Shown here in pieces: positions 36,981-50,209 of a stretch of 64,000 nucleotides of DNA (position 1 is the first letter of the stretch; each line of letters starts with the position of its first letter). Source of the DNA: Squalus acanthias (lineage: Eukaryota); the NCBI GenBank assembly GCA_030390025.1, contig CM059432.1, positions 63,180,001 through 63,244,000 of the forward strand, in the 5' to 3' direction. The notes below the pieces were generated by a model. The model saw only the letters and a program-made list of their open reading frames with translations, was not told the origin of the DNA and made no database searches. Made by a program: the position numbers and the translations under genes.

Positions 36981-37690
36981 CGTATAAAATGAGGCCCCCT
37001 CCCAGGAAAACGAGATGAGTTTCCAGCTCTGTATAGTTGAATGGCGGAACAGGCTGGAGAGGCTGAACGGCCTACTTCTGTTCCTATGTTTCTATGTCAC
37101 ATGGGTGGGTGGAAGTTTCACCTCGCCGCATTTCTGGTGAGTGGAAGAAAATCCAGTCCTTACTCTGTCTCTGACCGTCAGCTGGACTATGAGTGAAAAT
37201 GATCTACACTTTAACAGTGGTCACATTGTAAGTGATAATGTAGTGGAAAACCATGTACCAGTTAAATGACAGACTTTCTGAGAACAGTATTGTTGTGCAA
37301 CATCAGATTTGTCAAGATGCTGAAAGCAAATTTTAAGTACATCAAAGGTCGCCTTAATCATACTCTCGGCAAACTGGTGCTCCTCATTATACTTAATTAG
37401 AACACAGGAAAGTATGGAATGAAAAAAGTCAATTGGATCCATTAAGCCTGGGTCTCCACAGACCATGTACAATATACTTTATCAAAAATAGAAAAAGCTG
37501 GAAACACAACATATCAGTCAGCATCTGTGGACAGAATAGACAGTATTTTGCTTTTTCTTTATCACAGACTCTATTTTTTCCATCTAAACTAGTGAGGGAA
37601 TATTCTGCATAAATATTTCCTAATCACTAAGTCGCAGATGATGTGGATACAGTTTTAGGGGATGCTTTTCCTCAGGGGTTCTCCTGATTG

Positions 37691-38640
37691 AACATAAGAA
37701 CATAAGAAATAGGAGCAGGAGTAGGCCATTTGGCCCTTCGAGCCTGCTCTGCCATTCAATAAGATCATGGCTGATCTACTACCTCATCTCTACTTTCCTG
37801 CACTATCCCCATATCCCTTGATTCCCTTAATATTCAAAAATCTATCAATCTCTATCTTGAATCTACTCACGACTGAGCCTCCACAGCCCTCTGGGGTAGA
37901 GAATTCCAAAGATTCACCACCCTCTGAGTGAAGAAAGTTCTCCTCATCTCAGTTCTAAATGGCCAACCCCTTATTCTTAGACTGTGACCCCTGGTTCTGG
38001 AATCCCCATCAGGGGAAACATCCTCCCTGCATCTACCCTGTCAAGCCCTGTAAGAATTTTGTATGTTTCAATGAGATCACATCTCATTCTTCTAAACTCT
38101 AGAGAATATATGCCTAGTCTACTCAATCTCTCCTCATATGACAATCCCCCAATCCCAGGAACCAGACTGGTGAAACTTCGTTGCACTCCCTCTATGGCAA
38201 GTATATCCTTCCTGAGGTAAGGAGACCAAAACTGTACACAATACTCCAGGTGTGGTCTCACCAGGGCCCTATATAATTGCAGTAAGATGTCTTTACTCTT
38301 ATACTCAAATCCTCTTGTAATAAAGGCCAACATATAATTTGCTTTCCTAATTGCTTGCTGTACCTGCATGTTAACTTTCAGTGATTCGTGTACAAGGATA
38401 CCCAGGTCCCTCTAAACACCAACATTTCCCAATCTCTCACCATTTAAAAAATACTCTGTTTTTCTATTTTCCTACCAAAGTGGATAACTTCACATTGCTC
38501 CACATTATATTCCATTTGCCATGTTCTTGCCCACTCACTTAGCCTATCTATATCCCCATGAAGCCTCCTTGCATCCTCCTCACAACTTACATTCCTACCC
38601 AGCTTTGTAACAACTTACATTCCCACCCAGCTCTGTACCA
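37691..38640 (-). mobile_element. CR1 LINE 3' portion (family A) inserted in a palindromic MITE
   Basis: aacataagaacataagaa tail; [24 protein letters not shown] duplicated at 37686-37690 and 38641-38645. Confidence 0.92.
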
Positions 38641-39728
38641 GATTGGCTACTGTAACTTCGGCGAAAGATTGTCAAAAACCCCTTTAAGGGGGGTTTCCAC
38701 TGATCTTCTGCTGTAGTAACAGTGGCCAATCAGGAGAAGCCCCCTGCGAAAATTCCTAGAGTAGCTATGGTAAGTTCTGAACCTTCAGAGTGTATTTGCG
38801 CAATGATTTATTATATCAATGGATAGAAAAAGGACGGATGAATTGTAATCACTGTAATATGAGAGGGGAATGGCGAATCCCATGCAGTCTGCCAAATGGC
38901 TTATCAATGGTACCCTCAGGCATAGCTGCATGATAAATACCCATGCAGTCATGAAGTGGTACCATTTCCCCCTGCTGATAGGTCAGCTTCCCAAGCCCTA
39001 CCAATGGTTTCAGGCTGCTAACAATCGGATGTCTGTTAGGCAGAGCCATGAGTGACCAATAGCAGCAGCCCTACGAACACCTTCAGCACTGATAAAGCAT
39101 ACACAGAAGAAAACTAGGGGGGAAATCTAGACAACGGGTGGGAAGAAGAGGTAAAGTTCAAGAGATTTTAAAAATGAGACCGAGGAGCGTGGCGAGGTTA
39201 AGATATTTTTTAAAGGGCCTGGTAACCATCCCCTGACGCTGGAACATCCTGTGGGGTTTAACAATGTTTCTGAAAGGAGGCGGTGTTACTACCCCAGGCC
39301 CAGTTGCAAATTCTGCACAGCATCTTCGGTGGTCTTAGAGGCTCTGTTTCTTTTCTCCCCATTATTTTCAAAAACTATTTACATTGGAATCAGGTGGAAA
39401 TTCATATCTGAAACATGCTAGTACCTGTGAGCTGTACTGTAAACTGGACTGAAGATATTACATTTATACTAAAGTCACCAACATTAAGAACATTTGTAGA
39501 GTCAAAAAAGTGTCTTCAGAGCATATACAATATCTGATGATTTAGCTGTGACCACTATCGTGCCTATATTCTCTGGTGATCCTTGGATGAGATTTGTCCC
39601 CATTCACTGACAAATTAGAGACCTTTATGTCGTGGATTCTGGTTACTGGGAATAGGCTCCAGGTTTGGCTTTGTGAATATCCAAAGTTGAGGAACTCTGA
39701 AGCCACAGCTGAAACTTTAAAACTATTG

Positions 39729-41575
39729 GGGGGAAAAATTGGGTTGATTTGCGCCTCTCGTTAAATCATCTAGCGCCCGGGCACGGCGCCGCTAATGCCT
39801 CCCGCGATATTCAGCGGGAGGTTAGCGTCGGAGATAGCTGGTAGCGCCTCGCGGCGCTGCACCGCCGGCGATGACATCATCGCCATGCGCAGCGCCCTGG
39901 TCGCAAACTTCCCTTGTGCCTCCTGACCTATCACCGAACGATATGTCCGACAGGGTCAGGGGGCGTTTTTGCAGTGGCGGCAGCGGTAGTTAAAGGGGCA
40001 GGTGTCGGGTGGCCATTTTTTTTTGGCCGACTGCCAGCACCTTTTTTTTTATTCGTTCACGGGATGTGGGCGTCGTTGGCAAGGCCAGCATTTATTGCCC
40101 ATCCGTCATTGCCCTTGAGAATGTGGTGGTGAGCCACCTTCTTGAACTGCTGCAGTCCGTGTGGTGAAGGTACTCCCACAGTGCTGTTAGGGAGGAAGTT
40201 CTAGGATTTTGACCCAGCGACGATGAAGGAACGGCGATATACTTCCAAGTCAGGATGGTGTGTGACTTGGAGGGGAATTTGGAGGTGATGGCGTTCCCAT
40301 GCGCCTGCTGCCCTTGTCCTTCTAGGTGGTAGCGGTCGCAGGTTTGGGAGGTGCTGCTGAAGAAGCCTTGTTGAGTTGCTGCAGTGCATCTTTAGATGGT
40401 AGATACTGCAGCCACGGTACACCGGTGGTGGAGGGAGTGAATGTTTAAGGTGGTGGATGGGGTGCCAATCAACGGGCTTCTTTGTCTTGGATGGTGTTGA
40501 GCTTCTTGAGTGTCATTGGAGTGGCACTCATCCAGGCAAGTGAAGAGTATTCCATCACACTCCTGACTTGTGCCTTGTAGATGGTGGAAAGGCTTTGGGG
40601 AGTCAGAAGGTAAGACACTCGCTGCAGAATACCCAGCCTCTGACCTGCTCTTGTTGCCACAGTATTTATGTGGCTGGTCCAGTTAAGTTTCTGGTCAATG
40701 GTGATCCCCAGGATATTGATGGTGGGGGATTCGGCCATGGTAATGCTGTTGAATGTCAAGGGGCGGTGGTTAGACGCTCGTTTGTTGGAGATAGTCATTG
40801 CCTGGCACTTGTGTGGCGCGAATATTACCTGCCACTTACCAGCCCAAGTCTGAATGTCATCCAGGTCTTGCTGCATGCGGGGATGGACTGCTTCATTATC
40901 TGAGGAGTTGCGAATGGCACTGAACACTGTGCAGTCATCTGCGAACATCCCCACTTCTGACCTTATGATGGAGGGAAGGTCATTGGTGAAGCAGCAGAAG
41001 ATGGTTGGGCCTAGGACACTGCCTTGAGGAACTCCTGCAGCGATGTCCTGGGGCTGTGATGATTGACCTCCAATCACCACAACCAACTTCCTTTGTGCTA
41101 GGTATGATTCCAGCCAGTGGAGAGTTTTCCCCCGATTACCATTGACTTCAGTTTTACTAGGGCTCCTTGATGCTACACTCGGTCAAATGCTGCCCCTTTT
41201 CCCTTTTTTTTCGTGATGCCGGCCGGGATCGCTCAGCCCGGCACTCCTCTTGCGTGCCGGGCTGTTTTCACGGCACCCCGCTCCAGCAGGGCCCCGGTGC
41301 GTGCAGCGCTAGGCCCCTCCCCTTTAATCAGGGGAGGAGGCCTGCAATGACGTGGTGCTATGTGCCTACACGCGTGGCGCTGTTGCACGTAGCGCTGCGA
41401 TCTTCAGTAGTAGCGCCCCAAGAAGGAGGTGGAGCACTTCCAGTAGCGCCCCACCTCCTGCTTGGGGTGCTACTGCTGAAATTCCGGCAGAGCGGTGCTA
41501 ACTTTTTTGGGACACTAACATTAGTGCCCCGGCGATGTTGGCGCCCCAAAAGGGACGCCACCCAATTTTTCCCCC
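39729..41575. mobile_element. GC-rich Harbinger-type MITE interrupted by a CR1
   Basis: TIRs GGGGGAAAAATTGGGT / ACCCAATTTTTCCCCC. Confidence 0.8.
40050..41193 (-). mobile_element. CR1-type LINE (family B) RT C-terminus and 3' end
   Basis: GVPQGSVLGPTIF..NDLP..MFADD..WQVIFAPHKCQ..LSTIYKAQVRSVMEY; inserted at a T-tract. Confidence 0.9.
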
Positions 41576-44501
41576 TCAGTTTCTTTTCTCTTTTCTGTCA
41601 CACCATTTTGCAGTCTGCACCCTCTTCTATAATGAAGCATTTGTTTTGATGACAGGTCTGTGAGATAGCATCAAATTGCTGGTAGTTGAACCAGATTCTG
41701 CCTTATACTTGACTCTTAGGTACAGAGGTAGGAATAACACCTGTCTGTTTCTTTTCTCCCCACTGTAGAAAGGATTTAAATTGGAATCAGATAGAAATGC
41801 ACATGTGATTCAGTTTGGCAGCTCTGAGCTGTGCTGCAAACTGATTGTAAATGCCATATATATGCGAAGAAATTACCAACATTAACAACATTTGTAAAGG
41901 TAACTGAAGATGCTTCAGAGTGTAGACATCGTGTGCAAGACAGTTCAATTTGCTTAGCTTCCCCTCTTCCTGTTAGGAGTGATTGTCAGTGGCTGTAAAT
42001 TCTACATTCCTTTAGTCTGCACCACATCCTAATGATTAAGTGTAGAATCAGACAGTGTGCTCCCTCCCGTTCCCTTCACCTCACCTTAGCCTAATCTGTT
42101 GATCCTTGCTGAATTACTTCATACTGGGAGTGCCATTACACACTAATTTGAAGCCTTCACAAATAAACAAAACCAGATTCTACAAAACACACATCAAAGC
42201 TGGAGAACTGGTAACTGCTCACAAGTTAGGTTAGGATGAAGGTGCAAACAGCTCTTCAAGTGGGAACCACCTGCTGGATTCTGATAGTGTTAGTCATCTG
42301 GCCAGGCCATTTGGTCTGTTAAGCAAGTAGCAAAGATATGATGAGCAGCAGAGCTTCTTATGGAGTGTCAAAAACAGCAGGAATTACTCAAGAACAAAAG
42401 GATAAGGATTTCTGTGCCCTACTTTTTTGTTAATTTAGCATATCACATTTCAAACAGATTCAAAAGTTAGGTATATGCTGCTACCATTTGATAAATATAG
42501 GTGATTGAATAAATCTAAATCTAGCATTTTAATCTGTCAGCAGTTGATTACATACAGGCAGGTGTGGCTCACAAAGCAAGGTTTGTAAGTACAACTCTGG
42601 TTTGTTCTTTTGCCAATTGTGACATTATAAATTTAAGATTCTAGTGCCAGTCTTTTTAGCACGGTTGTATTGCAATATTCTGAATTCTCTTGTGACTTCA
42701 CAGTTGTTAATGTTGTCACAAATCTACAAGAATCAGTAGCTAGATGTGTTATAAAGAGATCTATGTCTTAAGGCAAAGTAATCAGATAAAAAAATTTCAA
42801 AACTGCGCCAGTGCAAATTGAAATGTGGGGTAGGTAAGGAGACACTTGGAAAATCAATTTCAGAGAATGAGCGGATTGTACTTTCTTGGGAATCTTTTAA
42901 GGGAAACCCAAATTTAGGAGTGGACATTGGACATATATACAAACTGCTAACTGACTTTCTGACTTATGTTCAAGCTCAGACTGTGCTCCCCAGTGGGGAT
43001 TGGATTTGCAGCCAAAAAAATCAACTTTTGAAGGATAAATTTTGGATTGGATGGAAAATTAAAAGCAGAACAATCAACCAATTTCCCTCTCCAAAAGATA
43101 CTACAGGGGCATCAGGATAACACGAAGAAAACTATTGTTTGAAGTGAAGTCACGAGTATTGAGTGGAAAGTTAATTTACATCCAGTGCTCATGAAGGTTG
43201 ACTCACCGACAAGTCACCCAGCTACTGGTGTGATGGGCTTCAGTGCTTCCCAGCCAGATTGTTAAAAGCAAGAGGGATGCCAAGTGGAAGCAAAGCGTCA
43301 TGCATTAGGGAAGGGAACAAGTGACATCACTCATCTCTCCCAAATCTAGAGTGGGGCAGTCTGTGGCCTCCCTAAATTACTGACTGGCTTAAAAAAAATA
43401 AAAGGGAAGCATGTGCAATAAAAAGTAAAATGGAGTCACTCTGCTTGACTTTGTACCCAGACTGGTTTCAGTAAGAATATTCTAGACACCAGTCTAAAAT
43501 ATGTCTATATTACTGGTAAACCCAGTCATACAGACATAGAGCAGGTTGACGTCTTTGCATAACATTCCTGTACTCGCTACTCAATGTGATGGATAAAGAG
43601 TTTTAGAAAGTTGAGAGAAAGCACTACTGGATGGTTCAACTGTGTCTAACACTACTCTCTGCATTCCTACCCCTCAAAGAGGTAAAATAGGTTAGCAAAA
43701 ATACCATAAAAAAGCTGATTTAACTTTTCTCCCATGCTTTTAGTATAAAAAAAAATATGGGCCCTATGCCACCACACTGGCATCCTTTGTGTTTTGGACA
43801 CATGGAAGAGATCAAAAGCTTCCTCTGGTGTCAGACCATCCCTGGGTATAAATTGACAAATACTGAAATCACACTGGCATGAAACCCACATGGAAAAGGT
43901 GAAACTTAATATCAGTGCAGTCCATATCACTTTCGTATACAATGGCGAAGACATGACAATAACTTCAAAATGCCAAAAAGTGACTTTGAACAACATGTGA
44001 CTAACATGTGACATGGTCTGGGGGGTAGAAGCACTGTCCTCATAAATGGAATATAATTTAATTAGAATTAATACTGAGGGGCTGAAATTCTGATGAGCCC
44101 ACGACTGCCCAAAATGATAGCAACCAACTCCAAATAAATTGCAGAGATGGCGTCATTAGCATGGCCCATTTCACCTGCAAGAGCTCATCACTGGCACCCA
44201 CCTCAGCAAAGACTTGGAATGTTAGAGTGATTCTATGCCACTCTGACATATTAGATGCAACCAATGAAGGGTCTCATAGTAATACAATGGCCCCAACTCT
44301 ACAACTCCCAAAGGTGCTATTGGCCCATCTCTGTAAGGTGACTGATGGCTACTGATGTGGGCACTTGCGTCGTGTACATCTTCTCTCCTATTCCTTACTC
44401 CAACATACGTCTCTTTTTTTCTGCTAGCAGGGAAAGGCTGCATACAATTGGCCCTAGCAAATGCAGACAGGAGGTGGGGGTCACCGATGCTATGACTCTT
44501 G

Positions 44502-45395
44502 GGGGGAGAAATTCAGTTGGTTGCGTCTCCCGTTAGCGCCTTAAGAGGGCGCTAATGGGGCGCAAAGCAACTAGCGCCTGGGCGTGGCGATGTTTGCGCC
44601 GCTCGCAAAATTAACTAGACATTTTGCGGCGGCGCTAAACACTACCGCCACGATCTCCTGCGCCGGCAGATCGTGACGTCAGTCGAGTGCGCAACACCCC
44701 GGTAGCGCCCCGGAGCGGATATTGAGTGGCGCCCCCTGCCTTACTGCCTGCCGCTAGCAACGACAGGTTGAGGGGAGCGTTTTGCAGTCAGGAAGGGACT
44801 GGGGGAGCACTATTTAAAGGCGACCGCTTCCTGCCTTTTATTGTTGGTGACATTTTTGAACCATGCATTCTGAGAGAGAGAGAGAGAGAGACTTCTGGAG
44901 AGATTCAACGCTGTGTGAAGGATTTTGGGTACTGAGCAGAATTTTGCAGGTTCATTTTGATTTGCCCTTCCTTGTATTGATTTAGAAGAGACTGTGGGGG
45001 CTGCACTCTGAGCTCTTTCCCTGGGCCTCTCCATTGTTCTTTCCAGCAGATTTGATTTACAGGTCTCTCCAGGCCGAGATTCAAGGCTGCAATGAGCAGG
45101 ATGTGGATGGAAAGCAAGATCAACCCTCCCCTTTAAGAACTGGCTGGCGCCATTGTGTGTGTGTTCCATTGTTGACTGACATCACATGAGCTTCGCCAGC
45201 GCTCTGAGGTAGCGCCTCGCTCCGCGGCCTTTGCGCCTTAAGACAGGTGTGAAGCGCCTGATTTAGCACTCCAATCACCTCCAGGGGCGATAAAAGTCAA
45301 GTTTGCAGTCGGAGGCGATAATTAGCGCCAGGCGCTAATCTTTGCGCCCGGCCGATAATTGCGCCCCAAATGGGGCGATACTGAATTTCTCCCCC
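44502..45395. mobile_element. Complete Harbinger-type MITE (894 bp)
   Basis: TIRs GGGGGAGAAATTCAGT / ACTGAATTTCTCCCCC; 3-bp TSD TTG (44499-44501, 45396-45398). Confidence 0.9.
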
Positions 45396-45436
45396 TTGAT
45401 TCCTTCTGAGAAGAATCTGGGCATGGAGGCAATACT

Positions 45437-46490
45437 ACAACAACAACAACTTGCATTTATATAGCACCTTTAACGTAGTAAAACGTCCCAAGGTGCTTCA
45501 CAGGAATGACATCAAACAAAATTTGACACTGAGCCACATGAGGAGATATTAGGGCAGATGACCAAAAGTTTGTTCAAAGAGGTAGGTTTTAAGGAGCAGC
45601 TTAAAGGAGGAAAGAGCGGTAGAGAGGTGGAGAGGTTTAGGGAGGGAATTCCAGAGCTTAGGGCCTAGGCAGCTGAAGGCACGGCTGCCAATAGTGGAGC
45701 GATTATAATCAGGGATGCTCAAGAGGGCAGAATTGGAGGAGGGCAGATATCTCGGAGGGTTGTAGGACTGGAGGAGGTTACAGAGATAGGGAGGAGTGAG
45801 GCCATGGAGGGATTTGAAAACAAGGATGAAAATTTTAAAATCAAGGCATTACTCAACCAGGAGCCAATGTAGGCCAGCGAGCACAGGGGTAATGGGTGAA
45901 CAGGACTTGGTGCGAGTTAGGATATGGACAGCAGAGTTTTGGATGAGCTCAAGTTTATCGATGGTGAAATAGCGGAGGCCGGCCAGGAGTGTGTTGAAAA
46001 AGTCAAGTCTAGAGGTAACAAAGACATTTATTGAGGGTTTCAACAATGTACGGAGGTAGAAGTAGCCGGTCTTTATGATGGCACGGATTTGTCGTTGGAA
46101 GCTCATCTCGGGGTCAAATACGACACCAAAGTTGCAAACAGTTTGGTTCAGCCTCAGACAGTTGCCAGGGAGAGGGATTCAGCTGGTGGCTAGAGAAAGG
46201 AGTTTGGGATGGAGGTCAAAGACAATGGCCTAGAAATTTGTCTCATGCGGTGGCGCAAAAAGGGCGGAATTGGATCAGCCGCCCGTTACACGCAGTGCCT
46301 AATATTCAGTTCATTGACTGCAATGGAACTGAATATCAGGCGTTGTGTATAATGGGCGGCCGATCTGATAATGCCCGCTTTACGCCACAGCCCAAGATGA
46401 ATTTCTAGGCCACTGGCTTTGGTCTTCCCAATATTTGGTTAGAGGAAATTTCTGTTCATCCAGTACTGGATGTCAGACAAGCAATAGAGA
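45437..46490 (-). mobile_element. L2 LINE 3' fragment
   Basis: (CAA)n tail; FVTSRLDFFNTLLAG...IQNSAVHILTRTK..ITPVLAGLHWL. Confidence 0.88.
46227..46411. mobile_element. 185-bp fold-back MITE inserted in the L2
   Basis: TIRs GGCCTAGAAATT / AATTTCTAGGCC; central arms TAATATTCAGTTC / GAACTGAATATCA; flanks AAT/ACT. Confidence 0.8.
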
Positions 46491-48710
46491 GAATAGCTCA
46501 GCTGTTAAACTAAGGAATTAAGATCTGAGTTTAGCAGAAGTCTCCCCCAAACTCATGGCTAGTATAATTCTTTGTCTTCTCATTCACTTCCTCCCACATG
46601 GGCATGCACGACACCACGCAGCACAAGACACGACAACATAAATCAGTTATACATCTTTGGAGTGGAACTCCTTTCTGTTCATGAACAGGATGGCACTAAG
46701 GCTAGGGACACATAGGGTCATGTGTGCCAGCAATAATGCCCTGTACTTTGGGGAATCCTGCAAGTTGGTAATACTGCAAGGCTCTCTTGTGTTCCTGTGT
46801 GTCTTCTATGGGGAAATAGATTAATTAACTGGCGTGGGGAAACAAGGCAACTGTGACCTTCATGATTCATTGTGTACTGTAAGTTGAGAGATTTGGCAGA
46901 TGTTTCCTGCTGTTGCTTGGAAGGACCGATTTATTTCAATGGGATGTATTTGGGCGGGTTCTACAGCAGGTGGGTGATGTGCTCTGCCAGATTACCACCC
47001 AGGCGGTGAAGGTGAAAATTTCCTCTAACTATATGAAAATCCTGTAATCTCTGCATGCAGGTGTCTTCAGGTATGTCCAGGTATGATTTCTGTCTGGCAC
47101 TGTACTCATGGGTGGTAGCACAAGGGCAATCCTAATTGAGCATCTAGAATACAAAGACAGCTGTCTGGAATGCCTCCTCTGATTCTCTTCCTTCAAATCC
47201 CACAAGTATAGAGGGACACCAAGAGCAGTTCCCATATAGACATCATACAATGAAATATCCCTGGAGAAACAGGCTGAGCTCGCAGATGGAGTGCAGCTTT
47301 AAGAAGTTGACTGTACATTTATTTGTAGCAAAGCAGCTAAGCAGGAAAGAAGCCCTGAAACAGGTAGAAAAATATACAGTAGTTAATTGCAGCTAATCCA
47401 AACAAATCAGGAAACATTAAGACCAAACACCTAACATGAGGGAAGGGCCATTTTTGCATTACCCCTCCCTTCTGTTTCATATGGGAGCCAAACAGCTGGA
47501 GCACTGTTCAGGTGCTCCAGCCACATTACAGAGCCTAGTCATAACTAAAATATTTTTATGCCCTTAATGAACCTAGCATACATTTAGTGTGTAGGCTTTC
47601 AGCACCACAGATGCTTCCCAGTCAGTTAATAGTGCACCGTGTGCACTGGATGCTGAGTAGGCTTCAGGCTTCGGTCCCACAGAATGAGAGGAGGCAGTCC
47701 CCAATGCACAACAGGGTTACAGGTGCCGAAGATCAGATTATTGGCTTCATAGTATAAGTTGTTTGGAGGGGACTTACATGAAGACCTGTCTTGCCTGATT
47801 TACGCAATGTCCGTTGTAACTGGACAAATCAGATTAGCTTCCCAGTCTTTTCAATTCAGCACTCTGAATCGATGCTCTTGGGAGAGACTTCACCATAGCT
47901 GATTTTATTTTATTTTTAACTACACTCTAAGTAACATTTTTTGTGAATTACCATTAACCACATACTGTACATTAATATGAGTCAAACCCAACTGAGCCTT
48001 CCCAAACTTCCCCAACACAGAGCTCTCTAGAAAAGGCCAATGTTAAATCACTACAAACTAAGATAGTGTATTGAGATTACGTTAAGATTTAACTATTAGA
48101 TTAATCTACTTAATTTATCTTTTAAGCAGCTACAGTGTTCCATAAAGGTTAAAAATGTGATTTTTTTTGGAAGTGCTGTTAAAAAAAACCCACAAAACCC
48201 CTTGTTGCTCTGTTAGAGGTCAGGTATGAGGTAAAGATTGTCTAGACAAACCAGTAACCCTGTCTGGACAAACCAAAGAAAAATACACGTGTCACCACAT
48301 TCACTTTGGGCAGGCATGTAGTTTGTCCAATTTCACCGATAGTCTGGACAATCCAATAAGTGGCATGAGGTTTAATATATTAACTGGTTTGGTGAGCTAT
48401 ATATTTGGTGCGAGTGATTCGATACCAGTATGCACAGCAGTTTATATGTGGTGTGCACACTGTCAGTAAAGTATTTTGTGGTATACTCACTATCAATGCA
48501 GTTTTCTGTGGTGCACCCACTGTCTGTACAGATTATATGTGATGTACCTTGGGAAATATGCTTCAGAGACAAAGAGGAAATTAGACATATGGGGCAGTTA
48601 CTACACTGGGAAATCCTGTTTAGTTAAAGTTCAAGATTTAGTCAAAAAGTGAGGATCAGCAGAAGGTGAAAAGAAAGGAAAGAAAGATAACACAGTTAAA
48701 ATAAAGATAG

Positions 48711-49140
48711 GGGCGTGAAATTCGATTGGGTCTGAAAGCAGGCACGGGGAGTGCTAAGCGCAATCTGCCCGCGCCCGTTCAAAGTGCTGCCTGTTCATTA
48801 TAATGATTGGAGCGCTGAGCTCAGCGCAAAACACGCTGCTGGTTGGCTCAGCGCTCAAAAGGGGGGCCAATATCAGGTGCAGTCTACTGTCCAATAAAAT
48901 TTTGCCTGGGCTCTCTACACTTCTTAAAGGCGAGGTACTTTGTTGCAGAAGCACTTCATTGTCACTCTGCATGCAGCCATGGCTCAACAGGGACGTGAAA
49001 GGGCAAGGGGATTCTCTGCTGCAGCACAGGAGGCTTTGGTCCTGGGGATATACAGAAGAAGACAGGTCCGTTACCCACAGAGGGGCAGGAGGCCTTCCTG
49101 GCAGAACACCAGAAGGCAGTGGGAGGAAGGCACCTAACAA
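48711..49140 (+). mobile_element. Harbinger left end with truncated Myb exon 1
   Basis: GGGCGTGAAATTCG start; MAQQGRERARGFSAAAQEALVLG..RRQVRYPQRGRRP..QWEE. Confidence 0.65.
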
Positions 49141-49259
49141 CCAATGTTCCCGCTAATGTTTTTTGGGTGTGCGGCTCCTTTAAGGGGCTGCACAGCCCAT
49201 TCAAATTGCTGCGCATGTGTGTTTTTTTCCATTATTATGCCATTGAGCAGCCTGTGCAG

Positions 49260-50186
49260 GACCTCCTCTGAGGAGTCGTCGTCCGTGACCTGGACCACCT
49301 CCTGTGGGACGTGTGAAGGCCCTGTGGGAGATAAAAGACATGAATGAGTACTGTCAAGGTAAGAATGCTTGAAGCTATCATTAGGCATATGATCATATTT
49401 CACTCGCTGTTGACATCAAGTCAACATGAGCGATTGTTGTATGCCATGTGGCTGTCTGATATTTAATTGTGTCATCAGGTAGCTGGGAGGTCCCCATCTC
49501 CCCATCTCCCCATCTCTGATGATCAGGCAGGCCCAGACTCCGCTGATTTCAAGCGCTCGCTCCTTTGCACTTGTTAGCTTTGAGATGGCTGAGGGCCACC
49601 TCCAGTTCTCTGCCTCTCCTTCATGTTCTGTGCTCTCTTCTCCTGCTGGGAGGGAAAGAAGAGACCTCTGAGTGAGAGTAATGGCATGTGTGGGACAGAT
49701 GGATGGAGAGCATTTATTGAAGGTGACTATGAGGGAGAGGCATGACATTGCATAAGGATGAGGGTGAGTGTCAATGGTGGATGGACAGATGACGATGTGA
49801 GGAAGTGCACAGATAGAGAGGGATCGGTGTACCTGCAAGGTAAGTTGGTGTGAGGAGTGATGTTCTGGAGAAGGCTTCAGAAGACAGAGGGAGGGGTTGG
49901 GGTGATACGCATATCAGGATGTAGGTGAATGCACCATTGCTCTCACCTTTCCTGCCCTGCTTAGGTCATTGAATCATTTCCTGCATTGTATCCAGGAGTG
50001 TGGCACCACACACCTGCTGCTGACCTCTTGTACCACCTCCAACCATGCCTTCTTGGTCTCCCCAGCTGGCTTCTTCCTCCCGTTGCTAGGGAACACTATA
50101 TGCCTCCGGGTCCGCACAGTCCCCAGCAGCACATCCAGGGAGGGGTTGCTGAAATGAGGTGCAGCCTTTGACCTTTTGGATCCCAT
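49260..50186 (-). pseudogene. Harbinger Myb/SANT-like gene, spliced, degenerate
   Basis: KAAPHFSNPSLDVLLGTVRTRRHIVFP..KKAWLEVVQEVSSRCVVPHSWIQCRK*FNDL; donor (ctcac on plus) at ~49942-49946. Confidence 0.75.
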
Positions 50187-50209
50187 TCTGGCACTTCCTT
50201 CTCTTTGGC

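Noticed and set aside
39343..39530. RNase A-like or APE-like (VGDF) reading of the duplicated block
   Set aside because: Only a few residues match, they are not shared convincingly by the second copy, and stops intervene
42700..44050. Coding-looking AT-rich stretch with short ORFs
   Set aside because: No recognisable motif or sustained frame; may be a very old element but is unsupported
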